This document shows, one piece after another, positions 22,906 to 34,673 of a DNA stretch of 64,000 nt. How positions within the stretch are numbered: position 1 is the stretch's first letter; every line of letters starts with the position of its first letter. A model generated the notes under the pieces. That model had not been told where the DNA came from. It ran no database searches and worked only from the letters and a program-made list of their open reading frames with translations. This DNA is from Epithemia pelagica (Eukaryota; Protista; Bacillariophyta). Position numbers and translations under genes: made by a program. Location of the stretch: assembly GCA_946965045.2 (NCBI GenBank), contig OX337240.1, forward strand, positions 1,612,001 to 1,676,000. Reading direction: 5' to 3'.

Positions 22906-24689
22906 ATGAAGGTTTCTTCTTACTGCACCACTGGAGGGAGTGTCATGTTGGCACTCACCTTACTCACAAGTTCCGACAATGCCATGGCATTTCAACCACT
23001 CCATACGGGTGCGAGTCGCACTGCCAAGGTACAGTATCATCCTCCCAATGCAATCCTCCAAGATTGCCCCCATGACAAGAAACGTGCCTTTGGCTTGTCA
23101 GCGTCTTGTGCGGATCCAGAAGATGGACCGGACGTGAAGAAATTTCTTCCCCGTACCAAACTGTTTCCCAAATTGAAGAAGCGACCTGGTGACAAGAAGG
23201 CTCCCCTCCCACTCCGTACCACACACCGTGCCGGAAATTGGATGGCCAAGGACAATCGTATCGTGAGCGATTACATTGGATACCTCAAGAAGAAGGCAGC
23301 TGCACGACCCATGGACACGGCCCTTACCGGATCGGTGGTCGAACTCATGGAATTTGTTCAGCAGAACGAACCGCTGTATAACTTGTGTCAAGCAATGTTT
23401 CAGCAATCGCAAGAAATTAGTAACACGACACCCGATGGTCAAAACAGTGTCGAAAACTGGGAAGAATTTTGCATCTTGTTGGATGTTATTGTCACTTCAG
23501 AAGCTCCGCGATTCACCTACGATGAATATGTGTCAGATCCTAGCGGTCTTGTGGGTTTTCCCATTAACGCTCTGTTGGATTGGCCCATGGCCACCGAGGC
23601 TGGATCTTCTGTTTTTGCCTATGAAACCTTTAACTTGTTGTTCCGGCGAGTCTTGAACACGTACACGGAATACCTCGAGACGGAAGCATCCACAAACGTT
23701 CTCAAGCAGGGTGATCCGGATGCCGTTCCTCCTTACGCGCCCTGGAGTGACCCCCAAGTCAAGACACAACTTGTCAGCAAGGTGACGAGTGCCTTTCAGT
23801 CGCCTACCTTGGATTCCGAAATCACATTTGAAGATATTTTTCAAACCTATGATAATTTGCCCTTCAATGAGCAAGATGCTGGAGGCTATCCATCCTGGGA
23901 TTCCTTTTTTGTGCGTGAATTTCAAACAGGCATTCGACCGGTTGCTGAACCTGGCAACAACTTTGTGGTTGCCAATGCCTGCGAATCGGCCCCTCTCAAC
24001 ATTTCTACCAACGTGGAAGCTACTGGGCAATTTTGGATCAAAAATATGCAATATTCCTTGTCGGACATGTTGAATGAGCACAGCAGTCTGCCGGAATTTG
24101 TTGGCGGCACTGTCTGTACGTTCTCTTTGTAATCGTCGTGTCTTGTTTCCTGCTGTAGTATTTTGTTGTGTCCATCTCCACTAACCGGTTGACTGTTGTC
24201 ATTGCCACATTCACAGATCAAGCCTTTTTGAGTGCTCTGAGTTACCATTGTTGGAAGAGTCCCATTGACGGCACAGTCGTCGATGCCTTTGTCGTTCCAG
24301 GAACGTATTATTTGGAAGATATCTGGTACGGATTCAAAACGGACGATCCTGATCCTGTCGCTCCCAATGATTCGCAAGTCTTCTTGTCTGCTGTGGCAAC
24401 GCGCGCCGTGATTATTTTGGAAAATGAAGAGATTGGCAAAATTGCCTTTGTCGGCATTGGTATGGCCGAAGTCAGTTCCTGTGATATTACAGTGGACATT
24501 GGTTCCACGGTCACCAAGGGACAAGAAATTGGCAAATTTCATTTTGGTGGATCGACCCATTGTGTCGTCTTTAACAACAATCTGGACGTGACCTTTAGTG
24601 AGACAATTCCTCCATTGATTGGAACTTCGAACGAAAACAATGTTGCCATTAGCTCCAAGTTGGCCGATGTCTCGTTGCGTTCGAGCTAA
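22906..24689 (+). CDS. PsiD/phosphatidylserine-decarboxylase-like pyruvoyl enzyme, 2 exons (22906-24115, 24217-24689)
   Basis: GLVGFPINALLDWPMAT, FFVREF, NACES, spliced YQAFLSALSYHCW, FHFGGSTH autocleavage motif. N-terminus AMA-FQP. Confidence 0.87.
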
Positions 24690-25616
24690 TTTTCTGTGTC
24701 AGTGTCAGGGACTTGAACAATATATGGGACAATGCATCACTGTTGGGGATCTGAAACACCGCGAACAAACAAAATGACGTTAACTACCTACCTAGCCCTT
24801 AATCAAAGACACACGACCGTAAAACCTTGAACCATCTCCACCAAAGCCGTCCTTATGCCATGTGTCATGTCCTTCAAGCACTTGCTAGTTGCTAGCGAAA
24901 ACACATAAGATGACATGTATAAGTAGCATTCTTGTAATCCGGAAGCAGATTGTCTTTCCATATGTCGATACGACACCATCACTCTGAACTTTGTATGCCA
25001 CAGTGTTTCAAAAAATGAGTCACATTGATGCCTCTGGAATGGTCTATATGCGACCAAGGTTGCGCTTAGATATAGGGTTGGCCTAACAAAGATCCAAGAT
25101 CGACTGTCCATCAATTCGAGCGAGCGGCACAAAGCCATTCCATATATGATTAATGATTACATCCAATCCTCTCGGTAAACAGCGACTACGAAACCGTGTA
25201 CACCAGATAGAGAGGGGAGTAGCGACGAATGGAAGACAAAGACGACGAATGAGGAGGGATGCGTTAGGTTAACCAACCCAGTGAAGCAGCAGAGATCCAA
25301 GAACCACTTCTTCTCTACTACCATCAAGTTCACTTGAAAACTACAGCAACGACATTAACGTTTGCTCATGACCCTGGAGGAATCAACCATCGACAAGCGA
25401 TCACAAGTACTCCAACTTCCATTCTGGATGAGCCTACTTTTACAGTGGTTCTTCTTCTTCTCTGTGGGCGGGAGTACTATTCCTTGGTGGCACTGGATTG
25501 CTGGTGCTGCCACCATTAGCAACAACCACAGTGGCCACGAGGACCGTCTCGTTTCGAGTGCAGTGCCACCAGGACAACAAAAACGGCCAAATAGACGAAA
25601 AGGGAGAACGATCATC

Positions 25617-28600
25617 ATGGCTTCGTTCCTAGTCTTTCTAGGACAATCCTTTCGTCGAGGACAAAGGTCCACCAAAACACTTGTTGGTATCCTTCCATCC
25701 TGTTCGCTGCCACTGCAATACTCGTGTCGAAGGCACGAGTTTCAGCAGGGTAACTCTCCCCTCATTTCCTCTCTGTGGGTGACAGCCCTTTCGACGACGA
25801 CGACAAGGAGGGCGTTGAGTAGCAAATCCTTGCGACCTCATCATTTGGTCATTGTGGAATCTCCCAGCAAGTGTCAGACCATCCAAACCATTTTGCAAAA
25901 CTATGGACAACAACTCAATTTGCCCTACGATTTTCAGGTCACAGCCTGTATGGGTCATGTACGAGATCTGCCCAAAACAAAGAAATCACAATCTCGAAAG
26001 TCCAAATCCTCTCAAGCCCAACAACATCAATCTTCGCAAGAACATAGATCCACTAGTACTACGACAAGCCCGTTTCCCTATCGCATTGCCGGTATTGACT
26101 TGGATCGGGGTCGGTATGAGCCACAATACGAAATCTTACCTCACCAACAGGCTCGTGTCAAAGAATTGCAACTCCTGGCCGCTGACGCACAACATGTTTG
26201 GTTGGCTACCGATCCGGATCGAGAAGGGGAAGCCATGGCCTGGCATTTGACACAAGTCTTGAAGAAGAAGAAGAAAACGAAACCAAACGAACAAGAGGAC
26301 GACTTTTTTCGGCGGTTGCGGTTTACAGAAATTACATCACAAGCCATTACACAAGCTCTGGAAGTCGGACTGAAACACAAAGCAGCACAAACAGACAAGC
26401 AACAGGATGGTGTGATTGCGACTCGTATCAATCCAAGTTTGGTACAAGCACAAGAAACACGGCGTATCTTGGATCGTTTGTGTGGTTTCACCATGAATCC
26501 ACTCTTGTGGAAAAAGATATCACCAGGACTTTCGGCTGGTCGAGTCCAATCGGTAGCCTTGGCTTTGGCCGTTCAACGAGAACGCGAACGATTGCAGTTT
26601 AAATCGACCGCCTATTCCAGTATTCATGCCAACTTGACATGTGACTCCATGGGACCGCATGGTTCCACCTTGTCGGTATACGACAAGGACAATACGAACC
26701 AGATTACAGCATACTTACATACCATTAATGAAACGCCATTGGCCATGTACGGAAGCGACTTTGCCAGTCAAGGCCAATGTCTTGCGGACAAATCTCGGCA
26801 CAAACTACACTTGACACAGTCAGATGCTCAAAGTTTGGCGGAATTTCTGGACCACGCCGACACGACGTGGACTGTGACGGAGATTGAATCGAAGCGTCGA
26901 CAAAGACGTCCTCCTGTACCATATCGTACCAGCACTCTTCAACAAGATGCCAGCAACAAGTTGAGCCTCTCCATTTCGTCCTGTATGAAGGCAGCACAAC
27001 AACTCTATGAGCAAGGATGGATCTCGTATATGAGAACCGACTCCAGTTCCCTGTCTGAAACGGCCGAAGCGGCAACAAAGCTGACCGTCACTGACCGCTT
27101 TGGAGCTAGCAGCTATCAGTCATACACGGATGCTTCTGGTCAGCAAGGACAAAAGAAAAAGTCCAAAAAACAGAGCAAATTTGCTCAAGAAGCCCATGAA
27201 GCCATTCGTCCATCGGTAAATCAAGGATCTGATGGGTCATCGCTCTCCGTCTTTGTCTCTCCTTATGATGAAAGGTTAAAGGAATTACCGTCTTCCTGTC
27301 AACGATTGTACGAAATGATATACCAAAGAGTTGTTGCCAGTCGAATGCCACCTTTAATCACCAATGAAACCGTGATTCATATCGAAGCTAGACGAAACCC
27401 CACCGACAATATAAACAACAAGATACCTGCCAGTGATACCGTGGTGGCGCGATTTCGAGCCACCGGCAGTGTCATTGTTCACCCGGGGTATACTGCGGCA
27501 TACGACAAGAAGAGCCGTGACTCGGATAAGGATGAGTTTGGCGCTTCAATGCCTTCGCTGAAAGAAGGACAAGACTTGACTTTGTTGGATATCGAATCGC
27601 TGAATCATGAGACGAAACCACCGGCACGGTACACCGAAGCCAGTATTGTCAAGGAATTGGAAGCCTTGGGAGTTGGTCGTCCCAGTACCTATGCTCGAAT
27701 TGTTCAAGTTTTGCGTGAACGATGTTATGTCGGAAATCCATCCAATGCTGATTCTTCCCCTTCCACCAAGCGAGGAAAAGGACGTCAAATCCTGACCGGT
27801 AGTGCCCTGAGCGCTCAGCGTGCGGCAGGTGGAAGTGCCTTTGCAGGGGCTTCTAGCAGTGGGCAGTTGGCACCATCCCTATCTGCCTTTGTAGTGTGTG
27901 AGTTATTGGAGAAGCATTGCCCCTCCTATGTCGATCCGAGATTTACTGCACAAATGGAAGAACGGTTGGATCAAATTGCAAGTAGCACAGAGACCAGCGA
28001 AGGGGAACGGATTCAATACTTGGATGAGTTTTACGGAGGCGAAAAGGGTCTTGCTTCGACGATCAAACACATGGAAGATACTGTCGACGCTAGTATTGCA
28101 CGAAGGGCACTACTTCCCGCTCTTGTCATGAACGCCAGCAATACTCTTACAAGTCAGCAGCATCACCAAGGTAAGGATGACAGCGATGAGATTAGTCCCA
28201 TCGAGGAAGTTGGCCTTTTCGTTGGACCCTGGGGACCCTTTGTGAAAAAACTTAAAGATGGAAAGGTTGAGGAAAAGGCGGATGAAAGCAAAATCAGTGC
28301 GCCTCTTCCACCGAGCATGTGTGCAGATTTGTCCACCATCACCCCCCATTCCTTGCAGGCCGTGCTCGCATCCAACATTGCCGGGGGGATAGTGTTGGGA
28401 ATGCATCCAGAGGATGGCAGGCCCATACTTGTCAAGACTGGTAGATTCGGTACATATTTGCAATGGGGAGACGACGGTGAAGACGGAACAACTACCCATT
28501 CACTCCCTCGTGAGAAATCAACAATTATCCCGTTAACGACTGCGAATGAGGAAATGGATGGCGACATCCCCGAGAACGAAGCGTTGAATGGGCAACTTAC

Positions 28601-29576
28601 CATGGACGAAGCTGTGGGATATGTCAGCCTCCCACGTCTGGTAGGGCACATGGACGACAAACCAATAGTTGCCTCGCTTGGACGATATGGGCCATATCTC
28701 AAAGTGAACGGGACCTACGTTTCTTTGAAACCGTCTGATGGTGATGTACTGACTTTAGGTGAAGAAACAGCCCTAAGATTGATTGCAGAGCACAAATCAA
28801 AAGAGCCCAGAATGTCAAAAAGTGTTATTGCTGATCTTGGTGAAATGAATGGAGCAAACATCTCTGTTCGAAACGGTCGATACGGTCCCTACATCAAATG
28901 GGAGAAAGTCAATGCAAAGATTCCGTCGAATATCGATCCAAAGACGATTTCACAAGAAGCTGCTTGGGAGTTACTCGAACCTGTAATCGCGAAGGGGAAA
29001 CAAAAGACAGGCAGTATATCAACCAAGTCGAAAAAGGCGAGGAAAAAGGACTCAAATGACAACGAACGCAGCACGCCATCTCCCTCTCCTGGACCAAAGC
29101 GCCCTCGCTCCGCTTATTTGTACTTCTGTGCAGAGAAACGGCCCGAGGTGGTGAAAGGGGTCGGAAAGACCATGGCAGCTGCATCAAAGGAGCTTGCAAG
29201 ACTATGGGGCGAAACTGAAGAAGGTGATCGTCAACGATATCAAGAAATGGCCATGCGGGACAAACATAGGTATGAAGATGAAAAGCGACTATGGGAAGAA
29301 TCTTCAAATGAAGAAGACCCATATGAAACGAAGACCAAGATGAACTCTCCAAGGACCCCTTCGCCAGTGAAAGTGAAACGCCCTCGATCAGCATACATCT
29401 TCTTCTGCCATGAAAAGCGACCACAGGTTGCCGAGAAAATGACGCGTTGGGGAGATATTTCAAAAGAACTAGGCAGATTGTGGTCGGAAGAAGAGGATAG
29501 ACAAAAATATGAAGACCTTGCCACCGCTGACAAGGAGCGTTATGAAAAGGAGAAAGCCGAGTTGGAAGATGACTAG
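25617..29576 (+). CDS. topA: Bacterial-type DNA topoisomerase I (type IA) with four C-terminal repeats and two HMG boxes
   Basis: LVIVESPSK, GHVRDL, LATDPDREGE, SAGRVQS, catalytic ISYMRTDS, GRPSTYA, four G(R/P)xGxx repeats, two KRPRSAY HMG boxes. Likely ATG 25617. Confidence 0.92.
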   Translation: MASFLVFLGQSFRRGQRSTKTLVGILPSCSLPLQYSCRRHEFQQGNSPLISSLWVTALSTTTTRRALSSKSLRPHHLVIVESPSKCQTIQTILQNYGQQLNLPYDFQVTACMGHVRDLPKTKKSQSRKSKSSQAQQHQSSQEHRSTSTTTSPFPYRIAGIDLDRGRYEPQYEILPHQQARVKELQLLAADAQHVWLATDPDREGEAMAWHLTQVLKKKKKTKPNEQEDDFFRRLRFTEITSQAITQALEVGLKHKAAQTDKQQDGVIATRINPSLVQAQETRRILDRLCGFTMNPLLWKKISPGLSAGRVQSVALALAVQRERERLQFKSTAYSSIHANLTCDSMGPHGSTLSVYDKDNTNQITAYLHTINETPLAMYGSDFASQGQCLADKSRHKLHLTQSDAQSLAEFLDHADTTWTVTEIESKRRQRRPPVPYRTSTLQQDASNKLSLSISSCMKAAQQLYEQGWISYMRTDSSSLSETAEAATKLTVTDRFGASSYQSYTDASGQQGQKKKSKKQSKFAQEAHEAIRPSVNQGSDGSSLSVFVSPYDERLKELPSSCQRLYEMIYQRVVASRMPPLITNETVIHIEARRNPTDNINNKIPASDTVVARFRATGSVIVHPGYTAAYDKKSRDSDKDEFGASMPSLKEGQDLTLLDIESLNHETKPPARYTEASIVKELEALGVGRPSTYARIVQVLRERCYVGNPSNADSSPSTKRGKGRQILTGSALSAQRAAGGSAFAGASSSGQLAPSLSAFVVCELLEKHCPSYVDPRFTAQMEERLDQIASSTETSEGERIQYLDEFYGGEKGLASTIKHMEDTVDASIARRALLPALVMNASNTLTSQQHHQGKDDSDEISPIEEVGLFVGPWGPFVKKLKDGKVEEKADESKISAPLPPSMCADLSTITPHSLQAVLASNIAGGIVLGMHPEDGRPILVKTGRFGTYLQWGDDGEDGTTTHSLPREKSTIIPLTTANEEMDGDIPENEALNGQLTMDEAVGYVSLPRLVGHMDDKPIVASLGRYGPYLKVNGTYVSLKPSDGDVLTLGEETALRLIAEHKSKEPRMSKSVIADLGEMNGANISVRNGRYGPYIKWEKVNAKIPSNIDPKTISQEAAWELLEPVIAKGKQKTGSISTKSKKARKKDSNDNERSTPSPSPGPKRPRSAYLYFCAEKRPEVVKGVGKTMAAASKELARLWGETEEGDRQRYQEMAMRDKHRYEDEKRLWEESSNEEDPYETKTKMNSPRTPSPVKVKRPRSAYIFFCHEKRPQVAEKMTRWGDISKELGRLWSEEEDRQKYEDLATADKERYEKEKAELEDD

Positions 29577-29769
29577 ACTAGAGTATTTGAGATTCTTCTT
29601 ACCATTATCGCATCGATGAGAATGGGAGACAGGTAGAAAGTAGAGATCTGGAAAGCGACTGAAGCCACATGTTGACATATAGTGTAGATCTAGGATTTGT
29701 CGTGTTCTATGTGCAAATAATGGAACAAGCGATATCTATTAATACAAGTTTGCGACAACTCTAACCTTC

Positions 29770-31923
29770 TCAATCAAGTTTGACTGATTTATTTCCATTT
29801 TCGGGTGTGGGGCGAGACGCATCTGGTGGTGCGATGGCTGTGGTATCAACAGAGGTGGAGGAATCAGAGCGCACGGAGGCGTCCGCGCGACCACTCCCTG
29901 AAATCAAGCGGATTAGCCTTTGACGAGGTTGTTCCGATCTTTCGTACATTGCACATGAAAGAGATCTTGCATAACGCGGCATATTCTTGACATGACCACC
30001 GACAGTGTACGAAAGTGATCTTGCATACCGAGGTGCGTTTCGGACATGGGCTCGGAGGGTTTCCCACTCCTTTGAAGAAATGAGTGACACCTGTAACACT
30101 GCTGCAATCATCATCAAGAAAACAATGACCATACACACTGTCAACATGCTGCAATGAAAGACATGAGGTTAGGCAACAACGCTCAACCAGAAACACTTGA
30201 ATCGAACGTCGAATCTTCTTACCTAACAAATTGCGTTGCAAATACAGCCAAGGTAACTGCTACATTCACCAGGAAGCTTGGTAATGTCCACACAGAGGCA
30301 CGAGCATGAGCTGGAAAGTAGATGGATCGAATGACCCCTTCACAAGGCGAAACGATGCCCACTACCAGCTCGTAGAGACAGAATGCAAACAATGTTTGCG
30401 AGAACGCAGACGGTCCCGAGACCAGGCATGGCACAAGAAGCATGCATGCAGCGACCATGTAACATGTGGCAGCCAAGAACTCCACTGCCATGGGTCGAAC
30501 GGATCCCTCGGAAACCTCAGTTGGTACTGGCAGACCATCAGCAACAATGGGAGTCAGTAGTGCTGTTGCGGCCTGTCGGAGGGACGGAGCAATGACTCCA
30601 CCCAGGACACATGCACCCATGAAGATCATAAAGATGAGGCCAAACGCAGGTTCACCGTGACGATCCAATCCCCATGTTGATTGGACAGCATCGCTCGGGA
30701 CAAGCTTGGCCAAATCGATCAAAATGGGAGACCAGAGAAACACAAAAATCTGAAGCGAACCAACGGAAAAGCCTTGGACAATCCCAACGCGGAGCATTCG
30801 CATATCCTGCATGAAAGCGCGTGCTGCTTCCTCGAGAAAACTAAAGATGCTTTGAGAGTTGCCAGATTCAGACTCGGAAGTTTCAGATTTGTCGTTTGAT
30901 GTTTCTTCCTCGTGGTTACCCCCATAATTTTCTGTCCAGAGGCTGGAAACCACAAGGAGAGCTGCAATAGTACACACCACTGCTCCACGAAATGGGCCAA
31001 CGGGTCCCGACATTTCCGCAAGCAAGTGACTGAGGTAACCGGAACCAATCGCTGCTGTATTGCTAATAATAACAGCATCCCGCATCAAAAGTTCGTACGA
31101 ATGCTGGTAGGCTTTGTCCATTTCTTCACGATCTTCTTCTCTGGGCGGATTCTTTCGAAGTTGATTTTTCTTTTGTTTGCGGAACTCCGAGTCCAGCCAT
31201 GTTTCAAAGACACAGTGCAACAAGTTCGTTGTGAATCCCCCAATCATGCGACTCGCAATCAAGAAGCCCAAGTACGGAAACTGCTCAATCGCGTTAATAA
31301 AGATCTCAAGTGAACAGTAGAGGATCGCTGCTCGCTTTCGTCCCATTTTGTCAATCCAAGGTCCTGTGATAGGGCTGAGTACACCCCCCGTGAAGAATCC
31401 AAGGCAGTAAAGAGAGGCCACCGAAAATCCATAGCCATCGTATAACTTGTAGAGATGAGTCCCTGATAAAGGAGAAAAAACAAGAGAGAACCGGACAATC
31501 AATTAGATGCACGTTGAATAATTCATGAAAGACACAGTTTTATCCCGTGGCCAACTTACCCTGCATACCGTCGGCCAAATATATTACGAGAATGACGGAC
31601 AGGTAAACGAAGCGCAATCGTCGGAAGCATGGCGCCTGCACTTTTCCCCCTGAACGTGATGGACTGCTTCCCTCAAATGCATTCGCCGCAGCAAGGATAA
31701 GCGCATCTTCGTCCTCCTCCATGATATTTTCATCCGTCCTGGATGATTCGGCACTGTCACCATCGGACAGTTCACCGTACAAAGCACAGCTTTCATCACT
31801 GGAAGTGGTGGTATCACTGCACAGCTGATGCTGTTGCTTCTGCTTTTGGTCATGGCTCAAAGCTTCCAGTTCGGAAGCCACCAGGCCAATCGCATTCGAT
31901 GTTAGTTCCGTTTGGACACCCAT
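29770..31923 (-). CDS. MFSD5/molybdate-anion-transporter-like MFS protein, 3 exons (31923-31560, 31462-30223, 30148-29770)
   Basis: Splicing gives LADGMQGTHLYKLY. D..GRKR, FETWL and PAHARASV motifs. Both introns are GTAAG..CAG and keep the frame. Confidence 0.85.
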
Positions 31924-34673
31924 TGTCTAGGACCAGCATGCAGTCGAGAGAAAATGGCAAAAGTCGTCACTAGCAAGACAACTAAGGGGACCCCGGTTTA
32001 TGAGCTCGATGTCGATGCTATCTTCGGTCAAGAGGCAAAAGAACGACGAGTTTCTGGAGAAGAGAAGTCTTTTTTATGAGCATCAAGGACGAGAAGCAAT
32101 CTTGAGAGACAGTGTTGCTTGATTCGGTTGACAGATTCCCAATTGGAGAAGTGTTATGGTGACAAGAGAGAAACAGAGCGCTTCCATACGAGCTTGCAGA
32201 GGCAGCCCTGCGCCTTATCTTTTAGACAAGTCAGCAGCCCGCAGCCCAATCTCCTTTACAAGACAAATCTGGTCACGACTCGGTATGTTTTTCTATTGCC
32301 CGTGTCTGTCGGGCAATACAAGAAATCGACCAAGAGTGATTGAAATTTATACTTGCTTCTCTATTGCCTTCCCGAATCAAACAAAAAATTCAAATCTGTT
32401 GATCAGTAAGACCCGCGCGCAACGGATGAGAAACCTTTCAACGGAGCATGCCGTAAGCATGTGTGCTGCGTCGATCGTTAATTGGTCTCCCTGTAAAATA
32501 GCACGCTTACACGTGCCTTTCGCACGTGCACACATGGTATTGATATTTAAGGTATTTAGATATCTCCCTATGCCCTATCCCAGACACGCATGGTGACAAG
32601 ATGCCACAAACTACACTCCTCATAATTTCTATGGAGTGGCAAAGCGTGAAACCTGGGTTCGCATTGCGAGGAGCGCGCATACCTTGATACCAATAACAAA
32701 CAATATCGACAAAAAATCATGTAACCGCGAAATAGAGAGCATGAGTCTGTACCAGAAGTATTTCGTATCATGTATCGTGTGTTTATTATAAATAAATCAT
32801 ACATCATGCAGGTAGCTATAATTTTGCATGGGGAGCTCTCTCGCTAACATGATCGACAATCGAACTCGACACGATGATGTGTTCGATAAGAGTGACCATT
32901 CGCTTCGGGTTTCCTCTATCCTGTATCTTCATAGAATATATGGAACTCAAGAGTATTGATCGACTGGCGTTCAGCTCCAACGGTCGGTGCGTCCTGTGTA
33001 CGTCACAATTCTATGAGAATTATTTTAGTATTCAATTTATTGAAGTGAAAATGGGGGGGAATGGGGGATGAATGGGGAAAAGGCGCGGTTCTAGTTTTCG
33101 TTTCGCAGACGCGTAAGGAAGCAAAATCCCGCCAAAACGAAATGTCAGCTCTCAACTTTCGTTTCGTAGAGGCTTAAGGGTCGGCCTAACTCCTACTCTA
33201 GAGAGAGGAGAGGTCCTTGCAAGGTTCCTCGTACGTCGCGTCAATGGATTTCCGTGGACGTGACGGATTGACGGTGGACGTTGACGCAGACGTTGAGAGA
33301 CGCTGAGAGACGTTGACAGCGGAGATGACTAGGATAGATACTTGCATTAATACACATCGTTGAAGCTATCCTTGTTACTGGTGCTAAAGACCCCTCCATC
33401 CTTCATTCTTATTGCCTCTTCCTTTGCCATACTATGCTTGATGACACCAAATAGGCGATAGGCAGAGGAATGTCTTCTAGTGTCACGTGTGTATGTTGTT
33501 GATTGGCTAGTGAGTCCCGTCCGGACGTTTCAGAGTTGTGTAAGAGATCACGGGCTGGGGGGACAAATGCATCTGCATGCTGGTTACCTTGTCTATGATG
33601 AATAATTTACATCAGGATTGCTAAAACGCACTTGAAATGAACGTAAGGAGTGGCATGGATGGTAGTATATTAAAGTTAGGTTTCTGTTCTTCAACGTCGC
33701 GTCTACGTCAATAGATTTTGGGAGACGTGACGAGCTGACCCTGGTCACGTCACGTCCAACGTCAAATACGTCACTTTACGTCGACCGAGGAACCTTGGTC
33801 CTTGGTCCTTGGAGCTAGAAGTGGGCATCAGACGGCGGTGAGTCGTGGGGTGCAATGGGGGACGTATGAACAAAAACGAATCCCTTGGGCGTTGGTATCT
33901 CGTGTATCTTGTGTCTTGGGGCTTGGGGTTCCTGTTCTTTTTTGCATTTGACTGGACATGTGCTCTCTGGGTCCCTGGGTTTGGCTTTTGCAACACTCCT
34001 CTCGGATCTCGGATCGGGTATGACCAAGTCTCAAATTTGTGTCCAAGATCCCTGCAAGTGAAAGACAGTTCCCGTAATCGGATGATCTGCGACTCCGCCT
34101 TCAGTTCTTGGTCTAGATCCCGCATACACTACAAAAGCTTGTATGGCGTTGGGCAGATGCCGCACTCATCCTCATGTTGATCGCAGGAGGATTAACACAC
34201 TCCAACATGCGTCTCAAGTCTTTGTCCAAGATCCACGAAAAAGAAAGTGCAACGGCAAATTACCAGAACCTTGTCCCATGATACGAGTTGCTTCTTGATC
34301 CGAAACGATCAATCGCAAGTCCAGTCCCAACATCCAAGCTGGAACACAACTCGGACTAGACGATAGAAAGCTGAATATCGAACCACCCCCATCAATGGAC
34401 CTGGTACTGGTCTTTTCGTATATCATTGAGTTGTGGGAATATTCGAGGGAGGTGTATGTTTGGATCCCTCTCTCATTCTTGTCGTGCAGTCCTCCTACTA
34501 GCTCTCTAGAGGGTAGGAATAACACAGGACGTACAGAGAGAGCGCCAGCTAAGGTTAGCTCTCTGACGGGACTTAAGCTAGCTGTGCTAGCTAGAGGAAG
34601 TAGGGATCGATAGCAAGAGATGCGTCATCCGAAGATTCGGCGGATGTAGAGATCGCAGTCTCGATTCTCGACA

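Noticed and set aside
14935-24689. Possible biosynthetic cluster (aminotransferase, AT3, phosphatase, PsiD-like decarboxylase)
   Set aside because: Interrupted by Rab7, with no scaffold enzyme or shared motif. Adjacent enzyme genes are expected in a compact genome.
33053-33090. G-rich run, possible G-quadruplex
   Set aside because: Only three clear G-tracts and no supporting context.
33745-34525. Short ORFs with TE-relic-like low complexity
   Set aside because: No domain, terminal repeats or consistent frame to support a call.
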